64,000 nucleotides of DNA from Tubiluchus corallicola (taxonomy: Eukaryota; Animalia; Priapulida). The notes below the pieces were generated by a model that searched no databases, was not told the origin of the DNA, and worked only from the letters and a program-made list of their open reading frames with translations. The translations under genes and the position numbers were made by a program. Of this stretch, positions 1 to 12,709 are shown piece by piece; the first letter of the stretch is position 1; the number at the start of each line of letters is the position of its first letter. Location of the stretch: contig JAQGDQ010000011.1 in the NCBI GenBank assembly GCA_030141605.1, positions 430,066 through 494,065 of the forward strand, given 5' to 3'.

Positions 1-605
1 TTTCAAGCAAAAGAGGCCACCGATGGTTTGGCCAATTTCTTCTGAAAACGAAAATGACATTAATTATAATTGCAACTGTTTTTTGTGAAGTACTGGATGC
101 ATAGATGGTAACACGTAATGTATCACATTTGCGCTGTGGAGTTTGCAAACAGTTCAACATGGCTTACAAATTTCTTATAGAACCTACGTATCGAAGTCTA
201 ATAATAAATTTACAAAATGAATATGACGCAAGGTAAGCGATATTAAACGCAGGCAAAACATGACTGTTATAGATGCGAAGAAAATGATGTAGTAAGTGCG
301 TAAGCAAAAAGCACCGCTGAACCGGTACAAAAAACAAAGCAAAGAATTGTTGATCATTTTGACATAACAAGGTAAAAAGGTGTTATACGTGTATTACATG
401 AAGTCCTGGGTTCACATCCTGAATGAGGACGATTTTTCATCGTTTTATTTCTACTTCACCGTAGCAGTTTTCACTTTTTCCTAAGTGAAAGAACATTTTA
501 TTTAACGTACACATTTTAAAGAATTTCAGTTTCAGTAACAGTGATGGACCTTTTTGTTTCGTTAAAGATAGGGTCTTATTGATTTTTATTTGTTATTTCT
601 TTCAG

Positions 606-1070
606 CCACAGAAGATAACATGCGGTTCGTCTTTGACACGTCAACGATTGGAGGCACCGAGGAGATCATTCAAGCAGAATTTCACATATTCAAAATAAAA
701 CCGCGGCGCCACCACCGGCCCTTGTCGTCCTCCCACTCAGACCACATCGTTGAAATTCGAGTTTACCAAACGCTACCGTTTGACAAGCACAATCCGGTCG
801 ACCGGAATTTGTTGGAAGTTCGCAGGATCAGCTTATACTCCGTCGGCTGGGAAGTGTTCCGTGTGGGACAGGCGGTCCAGGAATGGGTTCGAAACCCGGA
901 GCTGAATCTGGGTCTAGAGGTAGAGATGATGTCATTGAATGGCAAGCGCTTGGCACCTGGAATGGGACGCATGGCGAAGAGGAGGGAGCACAGCACGGAG
1001 AAACAACCCTTGCTGGTGGTGTTCACAGATGATGGAAGGACAAAATCCAGAAAGAAAGAAGGCAGAACGG
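606..1070 (+). CDS. ADMP: ADMP-like BMP ligand, penultimate coding exon (TGF-beta propeptide); upstream exon(s) not found, probably before the window
   Basis: ttcag acceptor at 604-605, GTAACT donor at 1071. Translation resembles a BMP prodomain (MRFVFD..IIQAEFHIFK..GWEVFRV..WVRNPELNLGL..QPLLVVF). Phase 1 end fits the next exon. Confidence 0.85.
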
Positions 1071-1512
1071 GTAACTGAAAAATTTGTTCAAATTATTGTT
1101 TAAATTATTCACAAGTTTAACAAATCGTCTATGCCTCTAGTAGTAAACTTTTTCTGCAAATCAAGTAAATGTTTTTTATATTTGATGTTAAAAGTTCGTG
1201 TATCGATATGTAGAAGTCAGAGTTGTATGTTTTAACCTACCAGCCTATAAGTTTCCACAACTGGCTGAATCAAGAAAGCTCTGTCAGACGAACAATCTCA
1301 CAGTCGCTTATTGAAATGCACCAGTTCTATTATATATTACTTCATTTTGCAAATACGTAGAATAGAACTCTTGCTGTGAACAATACTAGGCCTCTAAATG
1401 TTCGAGGAAGATTTTGGATTTTGGAAAAAGCTGTGCTTTGTACTTTTCGTATTCATGCATGCAGTGGGAAATTTGTTGCCATATAAGTACAGTTTTGTCC
1501 TATTTTTTCTAG

Positions 1513-1976
1513 GAAATGCTACGGAAACCAACATGATCTTCCAGAACACGAATGCAGCCAGAGCTAGAGTGAAAAGAGAAACCGAAAGTGCATCGGACGT
1601 TTCCGCTCACTTGCCGACGTCTTCTGGAATGAAAACGATAGGTAAAGCTAAAGAAAACGGACTGTGCATCAGGGAGGAACTTTATGTGGATTTCGAGTCC
1701 ATCGGTTGGTCAGACTGGATAATATTTCCTAAAGGTTATCAAGCATACCACTGTAAGGGTAGTTGTCCATTTCCTCTAGAGGAAGAACACAAACCTACGA
1801 ATCACGCCACAGTGCAGAGTATAGTAAACGCATTGCAATTAACTGAACAGGTCACAGAGCCTTGTTGTGTGCCGGAAAAGCTCTTGCCAATAAGTTTGTT
1901 ATATTTCGACGAACACGAAAATGTGGTGTTAAAGCAATACGAAGACATGGTGGTGGCCAGTTGTGGCTGTCACTGA
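1513..1976 (+). CDS. ADMP: ADMP-like BMP ligand, last exon (furin site and mature cystine-knot domain)
   Basis: ttctag acceptor (phase 1), RVKR furin site, 7-Cys domain CIREELYVDFESIGW..YHCKGSCPFPL..PTNHATVQSIVNALQL..CCVPEKL..LLYFDEHENVVLKQYEDMVVASCGCH. The KGSCPFPL, HATVQSI and CGCH features match the ADMP subfamily as I recall it. TGA at 1974-1976. Confidence 0.9.
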
Positions 1977-2931
1977 AGCAGGTTATGGTTACATAATTAT
2001 ATTTATTGTTGTTTTTTCGTAGGTTTACGTGTTTTTTAAGGCTCTGCCCAGTGAGATGTACCAGGTGAGGGGTACAGTTGATGCTTGCACCTAATTCTTG
2101 CGATAGAGAAAAACACCTTTGGATCTCAAGCTATCCCACTTTTATGTATCAAGAATTATGAAACTTTGTTTGTAATCGGAATTCATAATTTATAAGCTTT
2201 TATGTCTGGTACACCGAATTAGTACTTAAAGTTTTGTTTCTCAACTAAAGCGCGTCACATTTTGTTCAAGAACTAAATTGAAATTGAAAAAAAACAATTC
2301 TAGCGATGTATTAAATTGCAAAAACTCAAAGATTTCATAAACATATTTTGGTGTGCTCCGCTTACGCTACAGCTTCGCCCACACTATTTTTTAGCATTTT
2401 CGAATTTGTTCTCCAATGAGATCACAGATTTTTTGTAATTAAAAGCAAATTGAAACAAATCAAATTTCTCAAAGCATTGGTCGTGATTTTCGCATGATAT
2501 TTCAACTTTTTTCTTTTGCAATTTCTTGTCAGATTTTCAGAGTTAAGGATTAGGGCCATCAACTGGATACCCCAAGCTGGCCCTTTGTTGTTAATGCTTA
2601 ATTAGCGCCTTGTAAATAGTGTAATTTATAGAGCGTATGCTTTTACTATGAGTGTGTAACATAAGTTTAATTTTAATTCAGTATATTGTAAGGAACAATA
2701 ACGTCATTTATTATTATTTTAAAAATACAATTTGTGCATTTGACCGTTAATAACGTGATAATTAATACTATAAGTTTGCAACATGTAAGATCGAAAACTA
2801 CTTATATATGACTACACATGCAGTCCCCACTAGTAATGATACTATTGTAAGTTTTTGTTAATTTTTTTCAACTATGACAATTTTAGCGATGCTTCGTGTA
2901 GCTTAACAGTAGAGTTCGCAAAAAGCTTGTA

Positions 2932-2937
2932 AATAAA
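2932..2937 (+). promoter_or_regulatory. candidate polyadenylation signal of the ADMP 3' UTR
   Basis: AATAAA about 950 nt after the stop in an AU-rich stretch; an alternative AATAAA lies near 3118. Confidence 0.3.
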
Positions 2938-3934
2938 TTGTACAGTAATTATGATTTAGACATGTGTATAAACTGTGACGTTGGTAAATTATTTTGTATA
3001 TATAGTTTTTATGTAAGAAATAATAATTAAAATAATTTTTTTATAGTTTCGTGTGTTTCTATTTTCCTTTTCTATCCATTTTCATCCGTTCAAAAGCATT
3101 GTACATGTAATTAACTTAATAAACGTTCTGCGCTTTTATTTCAAATTAATTCCTCACCTAATTTCTAGCAAAGAATACCAGCTAGTGCGTTGATTACCAC
3201 AAATTCTAAACATGGTTCTAATAAGCCTTTTCTTAGCTCCAGCGATTGATGATGATCGTTAAAAGATCAAAGATGAAGTGTACCAGACAATGCGTTTCTG
3301 CAAATTTGACAACGCCTCGGAGCCCATGCTGTTTTAATAGTAACAGTTTGAACAGCTAGCTAGAACCTTGCCTAGTACATTTTTGCTTGTTTCTAAGCAA
3401 GAACCTGCTAGTAAATCATTCCATGCACAAGATAATGCATAACTAAGTAAAGTCCACGTAAAACAACTGAAGTTACTTAACTGATGTGACGGACAGCTTT
3501 GCTTTACACACATGTCGGGTGTAGTTAAGACACATTACTGTGGTGCACTTAACCTTTGACGCGTGCGCACAATGAAACGGTGAAAAGGCTTACTAACGCA
3601 ATTTATATTTTTATTATTGTTTGCAATTGATTTTTTTGTATTTAGCTACTGTCTTTATTTAACTAATGGTTCTAATTTGAAGAAGTGCTAATTAATAGTA
3701 TTAATTAGTAAATAATAGGAGCATGATGAATACGTAGTTACTTAAATCATAATTACCTAAGGATTATACTAGGCTCAAATTTACTTGAAGAACAATTAAT
3801 TAGTTCTACAATGTAATTACTCTAGGGTGAGTAAACGAACTAACACTTGGAAATGTTGAATTGGATATGCAGTTATGAGGGTTGAAGTAAGAGGCAATTT
3901 CTAGTAGTTATCGTACGCGACTTATAATCTAAAG

Positions 3935-4875
3935 CAGTGGTTTTCAACTTTTCTCTGACGGGGACCCAATTGCGTCAGCTGCCCACGGTGCATGACCCCA
4001 ACCATTCGAAACTTAACTTTGATACTTATCAAAGAAATGAGAACATGTGCATCAAAAGGCCTTTTTGCAACTACTGGCAAATATTTGCTTTAAAATGTTC
4101 TAAAAATGTTTTAAATAATAACAGTTAGTTATAGCAAGGTTGTAATCAGTGAGAAGGTTGAGCTTGCTTTTCAGAAACCAACTTCTCGATTCGAGGTGCG
4201 GTAGCTGACAATGCCAGAATCATATCGTGTTCCAAATGTAGTCGATTTCTGTACTTATTTTTGACAACCACCATAGCAGAGAATGACTGCTTACATGAAT
4301 AGGACAAAGGATAAGACATGAAAACTTTGATGGCATGCCTCACCAAGGTTGGGTATGAAGGAATATTTTCAGGCAGAATGTGGGCAGTGAAAGTGACTGT
4401 GTAAGAACCTTTGCTCCTGTATCTTGCTGCAGCTGGACAAGCTCCTCCTGAATGGTATCCTCCTCATCAGAAATTGAGTTCAGCGGAGTTTTGAAAGGGG
4501 TCATGTACCACTGCAAAAGACTGCACACCCAACTCAGGAAAGTAGTGTTCAAACTCTTCAATGAGTAACCGAATATGACCCGAATAAGAAAGATGGTCCA
4601 TTTCATTACTTTTGCATTGGGAGACTCCTAAGTCCTCACTCCGACGAAGCAACCGGGTGAAACGTTTAGCAGCCACTCTCTTTTAGTAATTTTAAAGTTG
4701 CAATGACAATGGCAGTACAATGACAGAGAAACATGATAGTTTGCAGCTTATCCTTTGAGCGCAGGCAGTTACTGAAATTGTACAATTTTTTACGTATCAA
4801 GCAAATGTTCGCGACTCCAGAAAAGTTGCTTTGCGATCCCGTTTGGGATCGTGACCCCAAGGTTGAAAAACCACA
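3935..4875 (-). mobile_element. non-autonomous hAT (Charlie/Buster-type) DNA transposon with frameshifted transposase C-terminus
   Basis: TIRs CAGTGGTTTTCAAC / GTTGAAAAACCAC; perfect 8-bp TSD ATCTAAAG at 3927-3934 and 4876-4883. Minus-strand fragments EEFEHYFPEL..DPF, QEELVQLQ and SCKQSFSAMVVVKNKYRNRL..LALS..PRIEKLVSEKQAQPSH resemble the hAT dimerization region of ZBED5/FAM200-like transposases. Confidence 0.9.
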
Positions 4876-5422
4876 ATCTAAAGGTTTCTGGTCCAGAACC
4901 AGTTGACTGACGATTTTTCACAGTTTCTTTTTTCGCCGTAATTTTCACGCTTCATTTTTAACAATCATTACTGTTTTTAATCCACATTTAGGTTGTACGA
5001 AAGGTAAAGCAGTAAAATATGTAAAACAGAATTCAAGGGAAATGGTTATAAGGCAATTTTTTATTGTTTTTCTGCTCATGTAATGCAGCTTAATGCAAAA
5101 CAATTTCTACTGAACATTGCAAAACTAAAATTTAAAAGTAAAACTTAAAAATGATGATCGATAACGAATTAGCTGAACAATACAAGCACGCACTGAAACA
5201 GTTATGTGTGAATACTAACTTTCATTAACTAACAATTTAACAAATAGAAGAGCCATAATTTGATTAGCGGATACTTTAAACATATGAAACTGCTGCCATC
5301 TAGCGCAGGATTAGGCAAGCTTGCATAGGTCCAGTATTAGGGAAAGTTTTCTTGTCAAAACCTAGCTCAAATATTTTAGCAGTAGTTATAGTGGCTTCTA
5401 ATTCATTTGGTTATTTACTAAT

Positions 5423-5930
5423 ATAAAGTACAAAGCTATATTTTAATATAAAGTAGATTTGTTTTAGTAGTTATGGACTAAAGCTTTAAAAATTCGTCTT
5501 GAAATTTTGTTTCACTTACATGCTGTGTTATTGCATGCAGTGCTTGTGTTAGAGGCAACGCTGTATAAATCTTGTATATTTATATTCTGCGATGACCGTT
5601 AGGCGTAGCCATTTTAATGGTAAGTCGTTTGAAACAAGTTTAGATAACATTACGTAAAAGTGAAAAGATAATCAAAGCACTTGTAGCACACTCTTCGCTA
5701 ACTAAGCAAAAGTATAAATTACTTCATATTGTTGAAAATATCAATAATATGCTTTTGCTGAACCGGTAATGCACACTGGGATGGTGATGCCGTTTTATAA
5801 GGTGGCGCGAATATTTTGAATTAAGAAGTTTCTTTTTCAAATACATAAGTCTTTCAGATAGGTTTACAAGCGTAATGTTAAGTAATATAATTTTGTATGG
5901 AAATTCCATTTCTTTGAGATATGCTTTAAA
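5423..5930 (+). mobile_element. copy of multi-copy TTAA-flanked (Kolobok-like) element, family A; ends approximate
   Basis: Shares the core ATGACCGTTAGGCG(T/C)AGCCATTTT..GTAAGTCGTTTGAAACAAG with copies at 10.6, 37.6, 42.4 and 51.7 kb. Confidence 0.7.
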
Positions 5931-5960
5931 AGGCCGTCTTCTTTCAGTTTACGTCAGAGA

Positions 5961-6340
5961 TTACAAAGATGAAGCGCCTCGTTCTTGTCCTAACGTGGAT
6001 GGCCTTCCGTCTCCCTCGCGACGTCCCGGAGATTGACAGGAACAAGAACATCGGCTGGAACATTTAAACCATTGAGAACACAATGCTGGAGAGAACGTAG
6101 GCAAGAATGTAACGTACTGCGCCCACTTGGACGCCTCTAGTTTGGGCATGCTGCAGGGTAGTTTGTACACCCGCTCTAGTTCAGTGTCTGGTGCTATGCA
6201 GGAAATTCCGGTTGCAATGCTGATTCTGCGCAGATCGAGTTCTGTTAAAGTCGTGCCTGGTCTTAGACAAACATCTAGTTGTGTTGTTCCACGCCTCATG
6301 TGTCTGACTGGATAATCTTTTTGTTCTCCACCTCCTCCTC
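5961..6340 (-). CDS. SLC23-like exon 13 (cytoplasmic C-terminus)
   Basis: ctatag acceptor (phase 1); VYKLPCSMPKL..WAQYVTFLPTF; TAA at 5963-5961. Confidence 0.8.
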
Positions 6341-9300
6341 CTATAGTTGTAAAAGAAAATTACAGCAAGTTGGCGACAGCAACAATGATAAAACAACAAA
6401 AGTAGTAAAAATACTGACGATGACAATGACGACAACGACTGCAATAGTAGCAATACAGTGATGGAAATGGCACTGGCAACAACAGCAACTAGGCTTATTA
6501 TAGTAACAGTAACAGTAGCAGTAACAGCCACAACAAGAATAGTGACAACAACAACATTGACAGCAACAGCAGCAGCAGCAACAACGGCAACAGCCGCAAC
6601 AACAACAGTGGCAACCACCGCTGCCGCCGCCGCTACCGTAGCCGAAGCAGCAGCAGCAGCAACAGCAGTAACAACGACTACAACAACAACAACAAAAACA
6701 GCAGAAATTGCAGCGGCTGAGCCAGTAACAAAAATTGTGAATAAAGAGCGAAAAATAGTACATTTTCAATAAAAATAATGATTCAGAATTTCAGAAGAAT
6801 CAATTTATTTACCTGGTGCAGTCACGTCTAGTAAAACACCTACGATAATAGTTACAAAGGCTCCACCAAGAAGACTGAAAAGACCATTATCAATTTCCTT
6901 GACTCCTGCAAAAATAAACAATAATCTTTTCATCAACAAAGCCTCAGAATTCTGTAAGCTACACAGGATCTAGTCACGTTAGTTTAGGAAATCTGTAACC
7001 TAGAACAATGTGGGGAGAGGGAACCCAGATTGAAGGACACGAGGGGAGGGGAACTGAACTCAGCTGTCTATGTCAGCAAGTAAGTTGTAAGAACAGTTGT
7101 AAACTATAAATACACGAGGAAATAAAAAAGATGACAAAAAAGATCTGAAAATTATTGCAATAGTAATAACAGCCATTTCGAGGATTTCTGTGAAGGAATA
7201 AGAAAAGGAAAATTGGGGGGTTGGCTTGGGAGACTTCGGCGAGTCAATCTCTCATATAAGAGCAAGAGTAACAAGCCATATTTCAAACTTATATTAGTAT
7301 ATACGCCGCCACATTGTAAAGTATGCTGTTGTTTAAAAAACAAAATGGCGGACGTGAAACTTAGGAAACGTCTTGATGACAGACAAATGTCACAAATTGT
7401 TTTTAATAGTTTTGCCCATTACCTACGATCTTTTTTTAGAATCAAGTACTTCATATACCTGTACTTATGTTTCTGTAATTTTCCATGATCCAGGCCGAAG
7501 CTGTCATGGCTGCCAATATTGTTGTTCCAAAAGTGATTAGATTCCTGTGAGATAGTAGGCTAGACTGTTGTGCGTAACTTATGCCTGTAGAAATAATGGC
7601 GCCTGCGCAGAAAACGAAAACGGTTCCTACGATTACCAGAGGTACGGTTGTGAAGGCAATGATGAACTTGACAAAGAAAGCCATGATCAGCAGCATGACA
7701 GCAGCAGTGATTATGGTTGTACGGCTGACAACCTGGAGAAAACAGAAAACATGTTATAGATAAAATAGGATCTAGGAAATGACTGACTAACTTACCGATT
7801 CGTTGACTAGGAGACTAACTGATTATCTGGCAAAATTATGAGTACACGACTGCCTCGTTTGGCAGGCGTTACAAGCAACCAAAGTGCTTGAGCAAGAATA
7901 CACCAAAGATGTAGGATGGCAGAAATCAGCAATGAACATAAAACAGATAGACAGACGAGTTAGGACATACTGAACAAGCTAGCAAACAAATAAACACACA
8001 GACGGACGGATCGACAGGCAGGCAGGCAGACCGGTAGACAGACAAAAACAAACTGACAAATTAAAGAAACAGACAGACAAGACAGGTAGACAGACAGATA
8101 GACATACAAATCAAAGAAATAGATGAAGCAGCTAATATACGAAAAAGGCAGAGAGCTGGTGACCAGCCATGGACAGAAGTCAGTAATTTTAATTCCAGGC
8201 TAACAAATTAATCTGCTAGATGCTTTGCAAATTTCATTATTCACTTTATCGTTCACACTATTCAGACGCTATTGAAATTTTAACTTTCTCAATTGAAGCA
8301 ATTGAGTTTTCACTGCAGAATACAGTTGAGTTACCTGAGTTAGTGCAGTTATTCCAACACTGGGTACAAAAGTTGTTAGTGCAGCACCATTCACAGAGCC
8401 TCCTATAAGTGAAGCCAGACCTTCCACCATGATGGCTCTGTTCACTGCATGTGCTGGAGGTAGAGGAACCTATAATTCATCAATCTGATATAGTGTGGGT
8501 ATGCCATAAAATATGAGCAAGGTGATAGAGGAGAACATCGCATAATTGTTCAGGACAGATTATGCCAGTTCAGGTCAGGTCACATCAGGCCAAGTTTGTT
8601 TGAATCACTCCAGGTCAGATTAGATCAGGTCAGGTTAGGTTAGGTTAGGTCAGGTGACATTAGGTAAAATAAAATGGAACAAGTCAAACCTACTTATATT
8701 ACATTAGACAAGCTCAGATGAAATTACAGTAACATTATGTCAGATGAAATTAAGTAAAATCAAGTCTAGGTAAATTACGTCAGGTTAGATTGTTTCAGGT
8801 CGAGTAAACTAGACTTGGTCATGGGAGGCCTGATTAGGTAAAAAAAAACAGATTTTCTATCTGGTACCAAGCTAAGCCAAGCCAAGCCAAGTCATGCCGA
8901 GCTGAGCTGAGCCGAGCCAAGCCAAGCCAAGCCAGGTGGGGTCAGACCAGGCCAGGCCAGGCCAGGCCGAGCAAAGCCAAGTCAAGCCAAGCCAAACCAA
9001 GACAAACCAAACTAAGTCAACCCAACCCAAACCAGGCCAAGGTAACCTAAGCCAAGCTCGGTCAGCCAAGCCAAGTAAAACCAAGTCAAACCAAACACAG
9101 ACAAGGTAAGCGAAGTGCAGCTAATCAGAGACAAGCTGAGCCGACCGTAGTAAATTCAATGAAAGCCGAATGGAGCTGAACGCGGACAAGACAGAAAAGG
9201 CAAGACGAAGATGAAGGCGAGGCAAGATAAGGCAAAGCAAGATAAGTACAAAACAAGCACAAGTTAAGGCAAAGCAAGGCAAGGCAAAGCAAGCCAAGGC

Positions 9301-12300
9301 AAGCAAAGCCAAGACAAGGCAAGCCAAGCCAAGCCAAACCAAGACAAGACAAGGCAAGGCAAGGCAAGGCAAGGCAAGGCAAGGCAAGGCAAGGCAAGGC
9401 AAGGCAAGGCAAGGCAAGGCAAGACAAGACAAGGCAATTCAATGTAAAAAAGTCTAGCAAATCAAAGCCAAATCAAGCCAGGTCAAGTCACACCAACTAC
9501 ATTCGAGTCAAGTTGTGAAGTGGTGATGGTCTGGAAAAAAGGGTGAGAACCATCTTGTGTTAGATTAAAACAATGCATAACATCGTACCTGAGTTATCTT
9601 GGAAACAGCAATATAACAGCATATACTGTTTGCAATAGAAGATATTGTGCATAACATACAGCCTGCACACGTCAATGAGTGGAATCGAGGTGTTCCAAAC
9701 TGCCCTGTGAATTAAGAGAAAAAAAAATCAATGCACCACAAAATTTAACTACTTTTCCTTTTTTTGCTGCTTAACAGTTTTATTTCCCGATTTTGCTTTC
9801 ATCGTAGGAAGTTTTTGTCATCTCCATTTTCTTCGTGTATAATTTGTTCATTAGTAATTTTTCTGGAAAGAAGTTTCCTTCTGAACAAAAAGACCCTTCT
9901 GGACTAAGCCCGTCATGTTTTTCGAGTAACGAGGCCTGGACATATCAATTTAATCTTCTTGGCATTGAAGCTTGCAGATACAACACAAATAATTACAAAA
10001 TACTAATATTTTGGATTTTATAATATTTACAGAGCTATGAATGTGTTCATAAAATAAGCCACTGAAGCACACTAAGTCTTCACAAAATTGCTGTTGCCAA
10101 AATCAACAATTTTTGTCACTTTGTTGCTTATTTCAAAAAAAGTCTAGTTTTAGTTTAGTTTAGTTTAATTTATTTAGACGTACGTACTAAAAGATACAAT
10201 AAAAACCACAAAAGTACTGAAATTGTTGAACAGAAGGAGTTTACAATTCCCCACACAATTTAAATACCTTAACCCTAGCCCTATTCCTAACCCTAACCTT
10301 ATCCCTAACCCCAACCCTTAATCCTAACCCGCTTCGCGAACTAATTTCTTCTGTGTGGGGAAATGTTAACTTTAGCCTGTTGAACAATGAATTTAAAGAG
10401 TTGTTACGTAGATGGCAGAAGGAATTTTGCGTTTAAGGTGCGAAAGAGACGTATGTACACTGCTTATGTGAGCGGCGAGCCTTATGTTAGATACTACACA
10501 ACAGAACGAAATACAAATTTGGCATGATTAAATTAATAATTCATTCATTTTTTTATTTGGTTCTTTATTGTTGCGTAATATCAAATTGAAGGCTCCTGAT
10601 TTGATTTCTTGCTTAGGGTGATGACTCTCAATATTATTAAAGGACAAGAAAAGGGGTGCCTGAAGTAGGTTTCAGAAAAATCACCTTAAAAAATTATGTT
10701 ACTTCACAGCAATTTTATGCAAATATCGCACTCTCGTTAAAAAGAATTTTTGTTTGTTTTCATTTTAAATCTCCTGCAATACTGTTCCAACCGCGCCATT
10801 ACATGACATCACCTATCCCAACGTAAATCAGGGCAAGAAAAGGAAATGTTAAATTATGTTCCAAAAATGTTCTGATTATTTTTCAAACTTCACGCAATGT
10901 TATCTAAGCTTGGATCAAACGACTTACTCCTAAAATGGCTGCGCCTAACGGTCATCGCGGGAGTTTAAATTGACAAGTTTTATACAGCATTACTGCTAAT
11001 GCAAACCCTGCGTACAAAAAGACAGTATGTGAGTGGTATAAAATTTCAAGACGAATATTTCCGCTGCTTTATTTCTCTTAATTTTTCAAGTTACGCTGTT
11101 TTTTGATTTTGATAATATTGGCCACTATAATAGCTTGCACTAGAATTCGCACGATGACGACGTCATTCGCCAAATTTATGGCGGCTTTTCAACAGCATTT
11201 TGTTTCAATTAGCTTATACCAGCGCTGCGTCTTTTTATTACTTTCTTTACATTTATTATATCAAGTAGTGCAGTGCTTATCGCTTACCGATGTTGCTTAC
11301 AGACAAATGGTACTCGTTCGACTACCGAAGTGCAAGTTGTACAATGATTCAAGTAAAACCGTGCACATGCCATTGAATGCATTGAATGTCAGTTCAACCA
11401 TTTTTCCGACACCCTAGAACGCTGAAACACTTCTGGCTTTTGATTAACTTATTGAAACATAAATAATGCAAAACAACGGCATAGTTGTACATGCGTAGAT
11501 CTGTAGTTGCGATAAAATCGTGCAAGTGTCATGACACTTCACTGACTTGCGCACATTTAGTTACCAAATGAAAGTCTCAATAACATGCAGGGAAAATTGC
11601 AGCGTTTGCTAAACAACTTTCGCTCTTACCTATGCCGATTTTAATTGTTAGTGACTGCCGAGGACAATGATGATGGCAAAATTGTGTGCTGATAATGGTG
11701 GCAACACTATGTTTTATTAGTAATGGCAATACTGTGTGCCGACAATGATGACAACACTGTGCACTGTTACAAATGGCAACACTGTTTACTGATAACAATG
11801 GCAGCACTGTACACTGGTAAAGGTGGTAACACTACGCAACTATTCCAATGGCGGTGCAATCATCACCGCCCGCGTTTTACAGTTTCAAGAAAATCTCGTG
11901 AAGTAGGAAGTCCATAAACTTTTTAGAGGATTTTAAAATGTCTTATCGTTGATGGAATTAAACTGCTGCTGGCAGAGAAACGGTAACTGAGTTTGAGAAG
12001 CGGTGGGAATGGAAGGCAAGAAGAGTTACACACTTTCGTTCAATTGTTATTCAATTAGGCACAATTTTCACACGTTTACAAAAGAGAGCTCAACTAGTTA
12101 GAAAAAGTAAATATTCTACGCCTTTGTTGTATTAGCTTTTTTACGGTATTTTTTTCTTGTTCTACTTGTTTTGGAGCAGATACTACATATGAACATTTTT
12201 AAAATCAACCATGAAAATGGAGTAATAATGGGCCTAAATATATAAATAAAATAGCTAACGAATGCGTACAGGATTAAAATAAATGTGTGTGAATGAATCA

Positions 12301-12656
12301 CTGCCTGAATGAACAAATGAACGAAATAACGAATGAACTAACTTGCATGAATGCATGAATGAACGGGCGAATGACCGAACGAAAGAATAAAATTAATTAA
12401 TGTGTAAACGAATGAATGAATGGATAAATAGATGAATGAATGATTAAGTTATACACTAAATAAGTTTAATGAATGTGGAACTGACCGACTGACCACCCGG
12501 TCAGACAAACGTGCTGATGAACAAACAGATAAGCAAATCAAAGAAATAAACAAACAAAGAACAGACCAATAATATACAACTGTAATGTAATCTTTATTTT
12601 ATTTTGAACACATACACACACGCACGCACGCACACGCACGCACGCACACGCACGCA

Positions 12657-12709
<53 letters not shown>

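Noticed and set aside
1398-1512. Hydrophobic N-terminus of ORF 1398-1976 as a signal peptide of a stand-alone gene
   Set aside because: It is intronic sequence upstream of the phase-matched acceptor at 1511-1512.
6181-6772. Poly-Ala/Thr/Val/Cys ORFs on both strands
   Set aside because: They arise from an intronic trinucleotide microsatellite; the real SLC23 exons flank it.
8872-9460. LALPC/LAWLG repeat ORFs
   Set aside because: Translations of pentanucleotide repeats.
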